This document shows positions 41,304-52,400 of a DNA stretch of 64,000 nucleotides, piece after piece; position 1 is the first letter of the stretch; each line of letters starts with the position of its first letter. The translations under genes and the position numbers were made by a program. Source of the DNA: an uncultured Verrucomicrobiae bacterium (GTDB lineage Bacteria; Verrucomicrobiota; Verrucomicrobiia; Opitutales; JABDGR01); assembly GCA_963765205.1 (NCBI GenBank), contig CAVXVB010000011.1:128001-192000 (forward strand), given 5' to 3'. Below the pieces are notes generated by a model. That model ran no database searches and had not been told where the DNA came from. It saw nothing but the letters and a program-made list of their open reading frames with translations.

Positions 41304-44285
41304 ATGAAAAAAATCATCCTTACCGGTTTCTTTTTCGGATGTCTTGCGCTCCACGCCGCCGACTCCCCTTGGGTGCATGACGCCTACCAAGCCGGCGATT
41401 TCAAGCTCGCGCAAGGCGCGCAACTGGCGGACGTGTTCATCGCGCCGGGGGATTCCAAGTGCGACCAAATCGCGGCGAATCTTTTTGCCGAGGATGTCGA
41501 GCGTGTGACGGGCCATAAGCCCACTGTGGTGGCCGACGCCGCGAAATTGCACGCTGCGGCGGTGCTCATCGGCACGCTGGGCCACAGCCCGGTGATTGAC
41601 CAACTCGTGGCGAATAGGAAACTTGACGTGAAGCAACTCGCCGGCCAGTGGGAAAGCTTTGTCATCGCCACCGTCGCCGCGCCGCTGCCGGGCGTGGACT
41701 CGGCGGTCGTCATCGCGGGCAGCGACCGGCGTGGCACCGCTTACGGCGTGTTTGAACTGTCGCAGGGCATCGGCGTCTCGCCCTGGTATTGGTGGGCGGA
41801 CGTGACGCCCACGCACCGCGATAATTTGTTCGTCGCCGCTGGCACGCGCCACTTCGGGCCGCCCTCGGTGCAGTATCGCGGCATCTTCATCAATGACGAG
41901 GATTGGGGCATGATCCCCTGGGCGTCGAAGACCCTCGACAAGGAGACTGGCAACATCGGCCCGAAGACCTACGCGAAAATCTGCGAGCTGCTTCTGCGCC
42001 TCAAGGCCAACACGCTCTGGCCCGCGATGCACGAGGTCTCGACGGCGTTCAACCTCATTCCCGAAAACAAGGTGGTCGCCGACGATTACGGCATCGTCAT
42101 GGGCTCGTCGCACTGCGAGCCGCTGCTGCGCAACAACGTCGGCGAATGGCCCAAGGACAACCAGGCCGCCTACAATTTCCTCACCAACCCCGACGGCGTG
42201 ACGCAATACTGGGCGGAGCGCCTGCAGACCAACGGCCAATACGAAAACCTCTACACCATCGGCATGAGGGGCATCCACGACGGCCCCATGCAAGGCCCCC
42301 GGGGCGAACCGCAGATCGTCGCCACGCTCGAAAAAATCTTCAGCGTGCAGCGCGGCCTGCTTGCGAAATACGTCAACCCCGACCCGGCGAAGGTCCCGCA
42401 GATTTTCTGCGCCTACAAGGAAGTGCTCGATTATTTCCTCCACGACCTGCAAGTGCCGCCGGACGTGACGGTTGTGTTCCCCGACGATAACTTCGGCTAT
42501 ATCCGCTATTTCCCGACCCCGGAGCAAATCGCCGCGCGCCCCGGCGGCTTCGGCGTGTATTACCACATTGAGTATCTCGGCGCGCCCTATTCCTACGCCT
42601 GGCTGGACTCGACGCCGCCCGCGCTGATCTGGGAGGAAATGTCCAAGGCCTACGCCCACGGCATCCAGAAATTTTGGATGCTCAACGTCGGCGGCCTCAA
42701 ACCCCGTGAAATCGGCATAGACTTTTTCATGCAAATGGCCTGGGACATCAACAAGTGGAATTTGCAAACGCTTCCGGATTACTTGAAAACTTTCGCCGCG
42801 CAGCAATTCGGCCCGGAGCACGCCCAGGAAATCGGCGATTTGCTGGCCCAATACTATCGCCTCGGCTACCAGCGCAAACCGGAGCATTTGCAGTGGAACA
42901 TCCGGGACGAGCCGGATCGGCCTAGTGATTTTACGCCCATTGATTATGGCAGCGAAACCTTAAAGGGCATTATTGCGAGCGCACTTCCAGCTCAACAAGT
43001 CAGCCAGCTCGCAAATAAATTGCCCGCCGAAAAACAGGACTCCTTCTATGAACTGGTACAATATCCAATAACAGGAGCAGGGCTGGCCAAGGTGCGATAT
43101 CTGTTATATGAATTCGCTGATTTTGGTGTTTCTCACGGAATATATGACTCACCGGTATCTCTCACAGCGTCTTTTAAGACATTTGATAATGCATTGGTTA
43201 ATGCCACCGATCGCTATAACGAGAAAATCGCCAACGGAAAATGGAATAACTTTATTCCTAATGACCCAATGCAGCGCGATCGGTCTTATCGGACGGCGCT
43301 GTTCGATCCGGTCTCTTCGGTCGCTCAATTCAAGATAACTGGCGAGCCGGGGATGTGTGTTATGATTGAAGGACGCGCGGACCAATTGCAGCCAGGAGAG
43401 GTTGCATCACTTCCTCTAGCTGATGTTTTTACTCAAGCACGGCATTATATTTCTATCAATGACACTGCTTTTGATCCAGCAAGATGGACAAAAACAGTTG
43501 ATGTGGATTGGATTAAGTTATCAGATGATTCTAATAGTTTTGCGGATGGATCGAGGCTTATTCCTGGTTATTTTTGGGTCTCAATCGACTGGGCCAAGGT
43601 TCCGAAAGGAGTGGATGTTTCCGGCAATATCATAATTACTGAAGGGAAAAGCACCTATACCGTGAAGGTACCGGTTTACAATCCGGCCGAGTTGCGGCCG
43701 GAGCAGTTGGCCGGGAAATTCGTCGAGTCCAACGGCGTGGTCTCGATGGAGGCGCAGCATTTTTCCAGCAAGGTGGACAAACCCGGCGCGGCTTGGCAGG
43801 TCATTCCCGGCCTCGGGCGCACGGGCGACGCCGTCGGTGTTTTTCCGACGACTGCGCCCAGTGTGGACGTGGCCCGCGCCGCGACGGATGCGCCCGCGCT
43901 CAACTATGATTTCTATCTCTTCCGCCCCGGCAACGTGACCATCCACTACAACCTCATCCCCACGCAGCCGCTGCAATACAACGTCGGCCTGCGCTTCGCC
44001 GTCTCGGTGGATGATGCCCCGCCGCAACTGGTGGACATCAAGGCCGGAACGGCCGGCGAAGTCGGCTCCAACGGCACGGCCACCTGGCAGCACAATGTGT
44101 TGGATAACACGACGACCACCACCACCCAGCACAGCATCACCGCCGCCGGCGCGCACACGTTGAAAATCTACATGGTGGATCCCGGCGTGTTGCTGGAAAA
44201 AATCGTGATTGATAACGGCGGCCTGCGCCCCTCCTACCTCGGCCCGCCCGAAACATTGGTGAACATCCAACCCCCCAAAAACTGA
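41304..44285 (+). CDS. GH115 alpha-glucuronidase family
   Basis: GSDRRGTAYG, GVSPWYWWADV, YRGIFINDEDWG, WPAMH, GSSHCEP, GMRGIHD, DDNFGY and C-terminal DPGVLLEKI. Confidence 0.93.
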   Translation: MKKIILTGFFFGCLALHAADSPWVHDAYQAGDFKLAQGAQLADVFIAPGDSKCDQIAANLFAEDVERVTGHKPTVVADAAKLHAAAVLIGTLGHSPVIDQLVANRKLDVKQLAGQWESFVIATVAAPLPGVDSAVVIAGSDRRGTAYGVFELSQGIGVSPWYWWADVTPTHRDNLFVAAGTRHFGPPSVQYRGIFINDEDWGMIPWASKTLDKETGNIGPKTYAKICELLLRLKANTLWPAMHEVSTAFNLIPENKVVADDYGIVMGSSHCEPLLRNNVGEWPKDNQAAYNFLTNPDGVTQYWAERLQTNGQYENLYTIGMRGIHDGPMQGPRGEPQIVATLEKIFSVQRGLLAKYVNPDPAKVPQIFCAYKEVLDYFLHDLQVPPDVTVVFPDDNFGYIRYFPTPEQIAARPGGFGVYYHIEYLGAPYSYAWLDSTPPALIWEEMSKAYAHGIQKFWMLNVGGLKPREIGIDFFMQMAWDINKWNLQTLPDYLKTFAAQQFGPEHAQEIGDLLAQYYRLGYQRKPEHLQWNIRDEPDRPSDFTPIDYGSETLKGIIASALPAQQVSQLANKLPAEKQDSFYELVQYPITGAGLAKVRYLLYEFADFGVSHGIYDSPVSLTASFKTFDNALVNATDRYNEKIANGKWNNFIPNDPMQRDRSYRTALFDPVSSVAQFKITGEPGMCVMIEGRADQLQPGEVASLPLADVFTQARHYISINDTAFDPARWTKTVDVDWIKLSDDSNSFADGSRLIPGYFWVSIDWAKVPKGVDVSGNIIITEGKSTYTVKVPVYNPAELRPEQLAGKFVESNGVVSMEAQHFSSKVDKPGAAWQVIPGLGRTGDAVGVFPTTAPSVDVARAATDAPALNYDFYLFRPGNVTIHYNLIPTQPLQYNVGLRFAVSVDDAPPQLVDIKAGTAGEVGSNGTATWQHNVLDNTTTTTTQHSITAAGAHTLKIYMVDPGVLLEKIVIDNGGLRPSYLGPPETLVNIQPPKN

Positions 44286-44514
44286 TTTTCACCGCCTTGG
44301 GTCTGAAACATCCCCCCGCCATCTTTTCAACCGCAACCACCGCCGCTACGCGGGGTTTGCTTATACTCAGGAATAAGGCGATAATCCGAGTTTCCCAAGG
44401 CTCGGCTGTTGCTCTAATGTCGCCCTCTTACCCCTTGCCCATCCTTGTAAATTCGCTTTGGCTCTGATTATTATTCTGCACGCACTGCTCTTCCCCCCGC
44501 CTGTTCCTTACCCC

Positions 44515-47500
44515 ATGAATACGACCCGCCATATTTTTCCTCTCCTGGCAGCCATTGCCCTATTGTTCACTTCCGTCCGTTTGCCCGCCGCCCCGGATGT
44601 GCCCGCCGCCCCGGACGCGTCGGCCACGCCGCCCATCTCCATTCCCCAGCCCGCCCCGATAGTCCTGCCCACCCCGCCGGTCCCGGTTTCGCTGGCCGGA
44701 GATTGGCGCTTCAAGCTGGATCGCGACAACGTCGGCGACTCGGAGAAGTGGTTCACCACCGATTTGACGGACAAGATCAAGCTGCCCGGCATCCTCCAGG
44801 CGCAGGGCTATGGCGATGACATCAGCACGGACACGCCCTGGGTGCTGACCCTGGGCCCGCCTTGGTGGGGCGAGCAGGCCAAGGACCTGGTTGACCATTT
44901 TTCCCAACCAGGGCACGTCGAGGTTCCGTTCCTTTCGCAACCCCCCAAGCATTACCTTGGCCTGGCTTGGTACCAGCGCGATATTGACATTCCCGACGAT
45001 TGGAAAGACCGCCGCGTCGTCCTCTTCCTCGAACGCGCGCACTGGCAAAGCACCGTCTATGTGGACGACAAGCAATACGCGTCCAATGACAGCCTCGTCG
45101 CCCCCCATGTCACCGACCTCGGCATCCTCACGCCGGGCCGGCACCGGCTGACCATCCGCATGGACAACCGCACGATGATGGCAGGCACGGGCCACTTGCT
45201 CGACGCTCACAGCATTTCCGACCAGCTGGGTGCGACCTGGAACGGCATCGTCGGGCGCATCGAACTCACGGCCACCACGCCGGTCTGGATTGATGACGCC
45301 CAAGCCTTTCCCGACCTTGCGAAAAAGCTGGTTCACTTCAAAATAAAAATCGGCAATGAGACCGGCCAGCCAGGCACCGGCACCCTACGGGTGGACTTTG
45401 ATTCCCAGGCAATGGAGTATGCTCCCATTCATGTGGAAATCCCCCAAACCGGCGATACCACGGCGAACGTCACTTGGGGTGCGACCGGCGGCACGGCGGA
45501 ACTCGATGTTCCGCTGACTTATTCGGGCTTTTCCTGGGATGAATTTAATCCCATCCTTCAGCACATGGTCGTGTCGCTCAAGGGTGGCGCGGCGGACGAT
45601 GTGCGGGCGCTCACCTTCGGCCTGCGCGAGGTCTCTCTTAAGGATAAGGATTTGCTCCTCAATGGCAATCCAATCAATGTGCGCGCCACGCACTTCGGCG
45701 GAGATTTTCCCCTTACCGGTTATCCGGCGATGGACGTGGCCACCTGGAAGCGGATTATTCAAACCTGCAAGGACTTCGGGCTTAACGGCATGAGGTTTCA
45801 CTCTTGGTGCCCGCCCGAGGCCGCCTTCGAGGCGGCGGACGAGATGGGTTTTTACCTCCAGCCCGAATGCGGCATGTGGAACACCTTTGGTACGCCAGAG
45901 ATGACGCAGCGGCTCTACGACGAATCCGCGCGCATCCTCCAAGCCTACGGCAATCACCCCTCATTCATCATGCTCTCGCCCAGCAACGAGCCGGGCGGCA
46001 GCTACACCACCATCACGCCTGAGTGGGCGGCGGCGGAATACAAAAGCGACCCACGCCGACTTTATTCCGCGGGCACTGGCTGGGGCCGCGCCCAGCAATT
46101 CACCGATGGCGCGCAATACGCCGCGGTGGCCAATGGCCCGGCCGGGGGAACTTTGCGCAACACCTCCGGCTGGTTTGGCAAGGATTTCAGTGCGGTGGTG
46201 GCCAATGCCCACATTCCCATCCTGGCACACGAGGTCGGGCAGTGGTGCGCGTATCCCGACTTTGACGTGATCAAGGAATTCACTGGCTACCTGAAGCCCA
46301 GCAACTACGACATCTTCCAATACATCGCCCAGCAGAAAGGATTGGACTCCATGGACAAGGATTTCGCCTGGGCGTCGGGTTCCTTCCAGCTCGCCTGCTA
46401 CAAGGAGGAAATCGAGGCCAACCTGCGCACGCCCGGCCTCGCGGGTTTCCAGTTGCTCGATTTGCACGACTACCTCGGCCAGGGCACCGCCCTCATCGGC
46501 GTGCTCGACGCCTTTTGGTATCCCAAAAGCTATGTGACGGCCGCTGTGTTCCGCCAGTTTGCCGGCCCGGTGGTGCCGCTCGTGCGCCTGGCCCGCCGCG
46601 TCTTTACCACCGATGACACCCTGACGGCGGACGCCGAGATTTATAATTACGGCGAGACGCCGCTGCCGCGCTCCATGCCCAACTGGAAAATTGTCAACGC
46701 CGGCGGCGTGACGGTCGCCTCGGGCACCTTTGACCAGCGCGACATCCCCATTGGCAAGAACATCGCTCTCGGCAAAATCAGCGCGGATCTTGCCAAGCTC
46801 CCGGCACCGGCGGCCTACACGCTGATTGTCGGCCTCGATTTCACCCAAATTGAGAACTCGTGGAATTTCTGGGTCTATCCCTCGAAAATCAGCGACCAGG
46901 TTCCCGCCGATGTGACCGTGACGAATTCCTGGGCCGACGCGCGCACCGCCCTCGCCGCGGGCAAGAAGGTCTTGTTCTCGCCGAGTGACGCCGACCTTGA
47001 TCCGACCCGCAGCCCGAAGATGGCCAACGTCCCGGTCTTTTGGAACATCCAGATGACCGTGCGCACGCCGGGCGCTCCGGCCAAGTTTGACGCCATGCTC
47101 GGCCTCTATGTCAACGCCGGCCATCCCGCGCTCGCGGAATTCCCCACCAACTATTTTTGCGACTGGCAATGGACTCCGCTCGTGAACGGCGTGAAGTCCG
47201 TCAACCTCGACCAGTTCAATGGCGTAAAAACGGCCAATCTAGACGAGGCGCCGCCCGATTTGCAGCCCATCGTTTGGGCCATTGACGACTGGAACCGAGA
47301 TTTCCGCCTGGGCGTCATTTTCGAGGCTTGGGTTGGCGACGGCAGTGAAACCGACGGCCGTTTGGTGGTTTCGGCCATTGACGTGGTGCATCCGACCACG
47401 CCAGGCGCGCAGCAATTGCGCCGTTCGCTGCTTGATTATATGGCCGGTGATTTTACCCCAGCCGCCACCTTGACCCTCGAACAAGCGGGCAGCCTTTGGG

Positions 47501-47628
47501 TCGGCGGCAATCCGGTCCCGGCTGGCGAGACGGTTCCCGCCACCCCGGCCGCGCCCGCCGCGCCCGGCTTCAATCCCGACCTTAACGACGGCACGATTCC
47601 CGCGCCCGCCCCGGCGCCCGGTCAATAA
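44515..47628 (+). CDS. Secreted GH2-family glycoside hydrolase
   Basis: LAGDWRF, LFLERAHW, RFHSWCPPEAAF, YGNHPSF, SNE, HEVGQW and LHDYLGQGTA. Confidence 0.88.
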   Translation: MNTTRHIFPLLAAIALLFTSVRLPAAPDVPAAPDASATPPISIPQPAPIVLPTPPVPVSLAGDWRFKLDRDNVGDSEKWFTTDLTDKIKLPGILQAQGYGDDISTDTPWVLTLGPPWWGEQAKDLVDHFSQPGHVEVPFLSQPPKHYLGLAWYQRDIDIPDDWKDRRVVLFLERAHWQSTVYVDDKQYASNDSLVAPHVTDLGILTPGRHRLTIRMDNRTMMAGTGHLLDAHSISDQLGATWNGIVGRIELTATTPVWIDDAQAFPDLAKKLVHFKIKIGNETGQPGTGTLRVDFDSQAMEYAPIHVEIPQTGDTTANVTWGATGGTAELDVPLTYSGFSWDEFNPILQHMVVSLKGGAADDVRALTFGLREVSLKDKDLLLNGNPINVRATHFGGDFPLTGYPAMDVATWKRIIQTCKDFGLNGMRFHSWCPPEAAFEAADEMGFYLQPECGMWNTFGTPEMTQRLYDESARILQAYGNHPSFIMLSPSNEPGGSYTTITPEWAAAEYKSDPRRLYSAGTGWGRAQQFTDGAQYAAVANGPAGGTLRNTSGWFGKDFSAVVANAHIPILAHEVGQWCAYPDFDVIKEFTGYLKPSNYDIFQYIAQQKGLDSMDKDFAWASGSFQLACYKEEIEANLRTPGLAGFQLLDLHDYLGQGTALIGVLDAFWYPKSYVTAAVFRQFAGPVVPLVRLARRVFTTDDTLTADAEIYNYGETPLPRSMPNWKIVNAGGVTVASGTFDQRDIPIGKNIALGKISADLAKLPAPAAYTLIVGLDFTQIENSWNFWVYPSKISDQVPADVTVTNSWADARTALAAGKKVLFSPSDADLDPTRSPKMANVPVFWNIQMTVRTPGAPAKFDAMLGLYVNAGHPALAEFPTNYFCDWQWTPLVNGVKSVNLDQFNGVKTANLDEAPPDLQPIVWAIDDWNRDFRLGVIFEAWVGDGSETDGRLVVSAIDVVHPTTPGAQQLRRSLLDYMAGDFTPAATLTLEQAGSLWVGGNPVPAGETVPATPAAPAAPGFNPDLNDGTIPAPAPAPGQ

Positions 47629-47648
47629 TTTTCATCCCCCACCCACCC

Positions 47649-49364
47649 ATGAAAAAATTATTCCTATTGGCGGCATTGCTGGCGTTGCCGGTTCTACTGC
47701 CGCTCGCCCAAGGCCAGAGCACCCCACCCGCGGCGGCAACCCTCCCGGCTTTGAAGCGCTATGTCATTTCCGATTATGGCGCCGTCGGTGACGGCGCCAC
47801 GGTCAACACCAAGGCCATCCAGGCCACGATTGACCAATGCGCGGCCAATGGCGGCGGCGTCCTCGTGGTTCCCTCGGGCACGTTTGTCAGCGGCGCGTTG
47901 TTTTTCAAGCAAGGTGTCAACCTCTTGGTCGAGAAGGATGCCATTTTGAAAAGCACGACCTCCACCGCGGATTTTCCGGCGATCTACACGCGCTGGGAGG
48001 GCACTGAGCGCTACTGGACTTGCGCGTTCTTGAATTTCGTTGGCCTCAAGGATGTGGATGTTTCCGGTGAAGGCACGATTGATGGTTCCGGCACCGCGTG
48101 GGGCGGTGGAGGCGGCGCGGGTCGCGGTCGCGGTGCGGCGGGTGCGGGCACTGCGGGCGGGGGTGCGCCTGGCGCAGCTGTGGCAGGCGTGGGAGCGCCG
48201 GGGGCCGGTTTCGGCGGTCGCGGCGCCCCGGCGGCTTCGACGGATTTAAATGCCATCAATGCCGCGATGCGCCAGCTTTTGTCGCAAGACCCCGCCGCCA
48301 AGGCGGTTTTGGATGCGCATCCGGATTTTCCATTGATTCGCAACGATCCGGACGCCCCGGCTGCTCCGGCCGGGCGCGGTGCGCCCGCCCAGGCCCAAGG
48401 CCCCGCGCCCGACCCGGCTTTGTATTATTCCAAACCCTACCCGACGACGGCGATCATCAACCTCGCGGCCGACCGGAATAATTTGCCGCCGGTGAACGCG
48501 GCGGGTATTCTGATCCCCGGGGGCGGTGGTCTCGCCCCGCCGCGCTCGCTCGTGTTTCAGAATTGCCAAAACGTCCACGTCTCCGGGCTGTATCTGCATA
48601 ATGAGGCGCGCTGGGGCTATGTTTTCATCTATTGCCAGAACGTTCTCGCGGAAAACCTCACCGCCTTCACGGACACGCGCATCGCCAGTTCCGACGGCAT
48701 GGACGTGGATTCCTGCAATCATGTCCACATCACCGGCTGCAGCTTTGACGACGGCGACGACGACATTTCCATCAAATCGGGCAAGGACGCGGATGGCCGG
48801 CGCGTCAACATCCCCTGCGAGGACATTCTCATCGAGAAGTGCCATTTCGGCCGGGGTGACGGCGGCGCGGCCATGGGCAGCGAAACCTCCGGTGGCATCC
48901 GCAATGTCACCGTGCGCGATTGCGTGGCCGACAACGGCAACGCCGCGCCCGTGCGCATCAAGACGAATATCACCCGCGGCGGCGTGATCGAGAACATCAC
49001 CTACGAAAACATCACCTATAACGATGTGGCGCGCTGCTTTGAGATCAACCTGAATTGGACGTTAACTCCGTCTTCCGGCCCGCGCATGCCGCCGGTCCTG
49101 CGCAACGTAAAAATCATCAACTGCTCCGGCCTGGGCAATTCCGCCGGTTACATCTACGGTTTGCCGGACAGCCTGGTCAGCAACGTCACCTTTGAAAATT
49201 GCCACGTCACCACCTACACCGGCTTCACCCTGCGCGATGTGACGCCGGATGTCATTGCGAACGCCCAAGGCCCGGGCCTGAAAATTGATTCCGAGGACGG
49301 CATTCCCCTCACCCTCCCCCAAGTCGCCCCCGCCGCCGCGCCTCCGGCCGGCTCCGCCCCGTAG
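47649..49364 (+). CDS. Secreted GH28 polygalacturonase-family enzyme with a large Gly/Ala/Pro-rich insert
   Basis: YGAVGDG..NTKAIQ, SSDGMD, GDDDISIKSG, MGSE and RIKT. Confidence 0.9.
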   Translation: MKKLFLLAALLALPVLLPLAQGQSTPPAAATLPALKRYVISDYGAVGDGATVNTKAIQATIDQCAANGGGVLVVPSGTFVSGALFFKQGVNLLVEKDAILKSTTSTADFPAIYTRWEGTERYWTCAFLNFVGLKDVDVSGEGTIDGSGTAWGGGGGAGRGRGAAGAGTAGGGAPGAAVAGVGAPGAGFGGRGAPAASTDLNAINAAMRQLLSQDPAAKAVLDAHPDFPLIRNDPDAPAAPAGRGAPAQAQGPAPDPALYYSKPYPTTAIINLAADRNNLPPVNAAGILIPGGGGLAPPRSLVFQNCQNVHVSGLYLHNEARWGYVFIYCQNVLAENLTAFTDTRIASSDGMDVDSCNHVHITGCSFDDGDDDISIKSGKDADGRRVNIPCEDILIEKCHFGRGDGGAAMGSETSGGIRNVTVRDCVADNGNAAPVRIKTNITRGGVIENITYENITYNDVARCFEINLNWTLTPSSGPRMPPVLRNVKIINCSGLGNSAGYIYGLPDSLVSNVTFENCHVTTYTGFTLRDVTPDVIANAQGPGLKIDSEDGIPLTLPQVAPAAAPPAGSAP

Positions 49365-49444
49365 CGTGGAAATCGAGGTGTGGGGCAACTTCTGCGCAAT
49401 CAAATTGCTTTGAGCCTGTCCGAGGATTGAATACCGTAAACATC

Positions 49445-52400
49445 ATGGCTTGTTTGCGCACCTACCCCCGGTTGGTCTTGGCCTTGATCGCGCTGCTCAG
49501 CGTGCCCCCCACCCGCGCCGCCACGCCGATATTGCAGGACAACATTGACCGGCCCCTGCGCTACACACCCGAGGGCACGGACTTCGTTATCTCCAATGGC
49601 GCAGAGTTCTTTAACCGCCCGCTGTATACCAACACCGCCTTTCGCGTGGACGGCGGCGACAAACCCGAGTTCGCGCTCTACCTGCCGGGCCGCGGCGGCA
49701 ATTTGCGCCTGGGTCTCCTGACGGCCGCTGGCGGCAAATGGCTTAATGACGCCGCGCAAGTGGTGACGCGCTACCGCTCCGGCTCACTGGTCTACGAAAT
49801 CTCTGACCCGTTGCTTGGCGAACAAGGAAAATTAAATATCACGGCCATGGTGCTGCCAACCGGGCAGGGTCTGATTGTGCGCGTGGACACGGTAAACGCG
49901 CCGGCGGTGACATTGGTGTGGGCTTACGGCGGCGCGAATGGGGTCGAAGGCAAGCGCGGCGGTGACATCGGCACGGAAAGCCAGCCGGTCTCGCGCTTCT
50001 TTCAACTCGATCCTGCGAACTGCCGTGGCGATGCCTTCGCCATTAACGGGAGTGTGTTTACCCTCCAGTTTCACGCCAATGGCGCGCGCACCGGTGTGAC
50101 CACAAACATTTCGGGCGTGGCCCCTCCGGACGCCAAGCTCGTCGTGGCCGACGCCAGCCAGTGGAATTCCTTTATGGGTCTGTTGTCCACGGCCAACACG
50201 CCGGGCAACGCTCCCGTCCTCACCGGCCAAACCCCGCTCGCGCCCGACGCACCGGTTTACCTGGCGCTCCAGCGCATGTCGCAACCGGGCGAGAACACTT
50301 CCGCGGAATTGCCCGTGTATGTCGAGGCCGGTGGTGCGCCCCCGACCGATACCGCCGCCGCCCCAGCCAACCCGGTTGTGCCGTTAACCTACGCTGATTT
50401 GCCGCAGATTTTTGACGCCGCCGAAGCCCGCCGCCAGTCCATTGCCGGACGAGTCACTGCCGACACGCCCGACCCGTATATCAACGCCGCGATGGCCGCC
50501 CTTTGTGTCGCTGCGGATGGAATTTGGGACGAGCCCTCTGGCGTCTTTGAGCATGGCGCAGTCGCCTGGCGTTCGCGGCTCCTCGGCTGGCGGGGTGCTT
50601 ATTCGGGCGACGCGCTGGGCTGGTTCGACCGCGAGGTGAGCCATCTCACTTATTGGGCCAGCCGCCAAAACGCAAAAAACTTTGCGCAACCCCCACCGCC
50701 CGACCCCGCCTCCAACTATTCGCGCGACGAAGCGGCGCTGCACTCCAACGGCGACATGTCGAACTCCCACTACGACATGGACATGATTTCGATGGACGAG
50801 TTGATGCGCCACTTGCTTTGGACGGGCGACCTCGACTTTGCCCGCCAGGAATGGCCGGTTATCCAGCGTTATCTCGCTTGGGAGCAGCGCCTCTTCCGCC
50901 GTCCCTTCGACGGCGGTCTGCCGCTTTACGAGGCCTACGCCGCGATTTGGGCCAGCGACGACCTCGAATACGGTGGCGGCGGCGCCACCCACTCTTCCGC
51001 CTTTAATTATTTTCACAATCTGATGGCCGCGCGCCTGGCGCGGTTGCTCTGCGAGGACCCCACCCCCTACCAGCACGAGGCCGACCTCATCCGCCAAGGT
51101 ATGCGCGCCAACCTCTGGCTCGCCGACCGCGGCTGGTATGCCGAATACAAAGACTTGCTCGGCCTCCAACGCACGCACCCCGCCGCCGCACTGTGGACAT
51201 TTTACCACGCGATTGATGAACAGGCCGCGACGCCGCTCGAAGCCTGGCAGATGACGCGCTACGTGGACACGCAGATCGCCCACATCCCCATTCGCGGCCC
51301 CGGCGTGCCGGAGGGCTATTACGCGCTGGCGACCTCCAACTGGATGCCCTACACATGGTCGCTCAACAATGTCGTGATGGGCGAGAGCGCCCACACCGCG
51401 CTGGCCTATTGGGAGGCAAACCGTGACGACGAGGCCTACAAAATTTTAAAAGGCTGCCTGCTCGACAGCATGTATCTTGGCCTGTGCCCCGGCGATGTCG
51501 GCACGATGACTTACTACGACGCCTACCGCGGCGAGAGCCAGCGCGACTTCGGCGACGACATTGGCGCGCTTTCCCGCGCCATGGTCGAGGGCTTGTTTGG
51601 CGTTCGCCCCGACGCGCTGGCTGGCGAATTGGTGCTGCGCCCCGGCTTGCCCGCCGCCTGGGACCACGCGAGCTTCCATCACCCCTCCCTCGATTACACC
51701 TACCACGCCGACGGCCCGGTGCAAATCCCGCACACCGTCGAGCGCAGCGTGGACACGGGCGACGCGCGCGGCACCGTCGTCATGCAGCGCGAAACCACTT
51801 CCCTGCCCGGTTTCGCCGAGACCTATTCTGTCACGCTTCGCTTTCCCAAGCCTATGGCCTTGCGGCTCCAAGCCGTGGCGCGACGCTCGGATATCGCCTC
51901 GGTTACGGTCAACGGCCAGCCTGCGGCGTGGAAGGCGCTGGATGATTCCGTCGGCACGCCGCGCATCGAAATCGCGTGCCCGCCGGCGGAGCATTACGAT
52001 ATTAACATTGTGTGGACGGGCGATGTGCTCGCCACGCCTGCCGCGCCGGTGGTGGCCGTCGCGGGTCGTGATTTCGTCGTGCCCCTGGGCCTGGCGCATG
52101 TGCGCGAAATCAACGACCCCCAGGGCGCGATCAATAATTTTGGCGCGACCGCCTCAGCCGTGACCGCCACCGCTGTCGGCGCGCCCGGTTTCCACACGGC
52201 GTTTCTCAAACTCCAGCAAGGCGCGTTGACCTGGACTGCGCCGCTGACATTTGAAATCCGCCCCGCGCTGGAACTCCTCCCCGCGGAAACCCAGGAGCCG
52301 GGTCAATTGACTTTTTCCGTGCGCAACAATAATTCCACGGCCTTTGCGGGTAACGTGGCCATGCATAGCCAGGGCGGCGAAGAATTGAAGATGGCGCTGT

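Noticed and set aside
42920..43670. AT-rich patches as DGR variable regions
   Set aside because: No reverse transcriptase or template/variable repeat pair is in view. The patches are longer than typical VRs and gain A/T rather than randomising adenines.
44360..44430. Purine-riboswitch-like sequence upstream of GH2
   Set aside because: TATA..GAATAAGGC..GTTTC looks superficially similar, but P2/P3 pairing and the TCTAC/CCGTAAA core are missing; only a generic hairpin is supportable.
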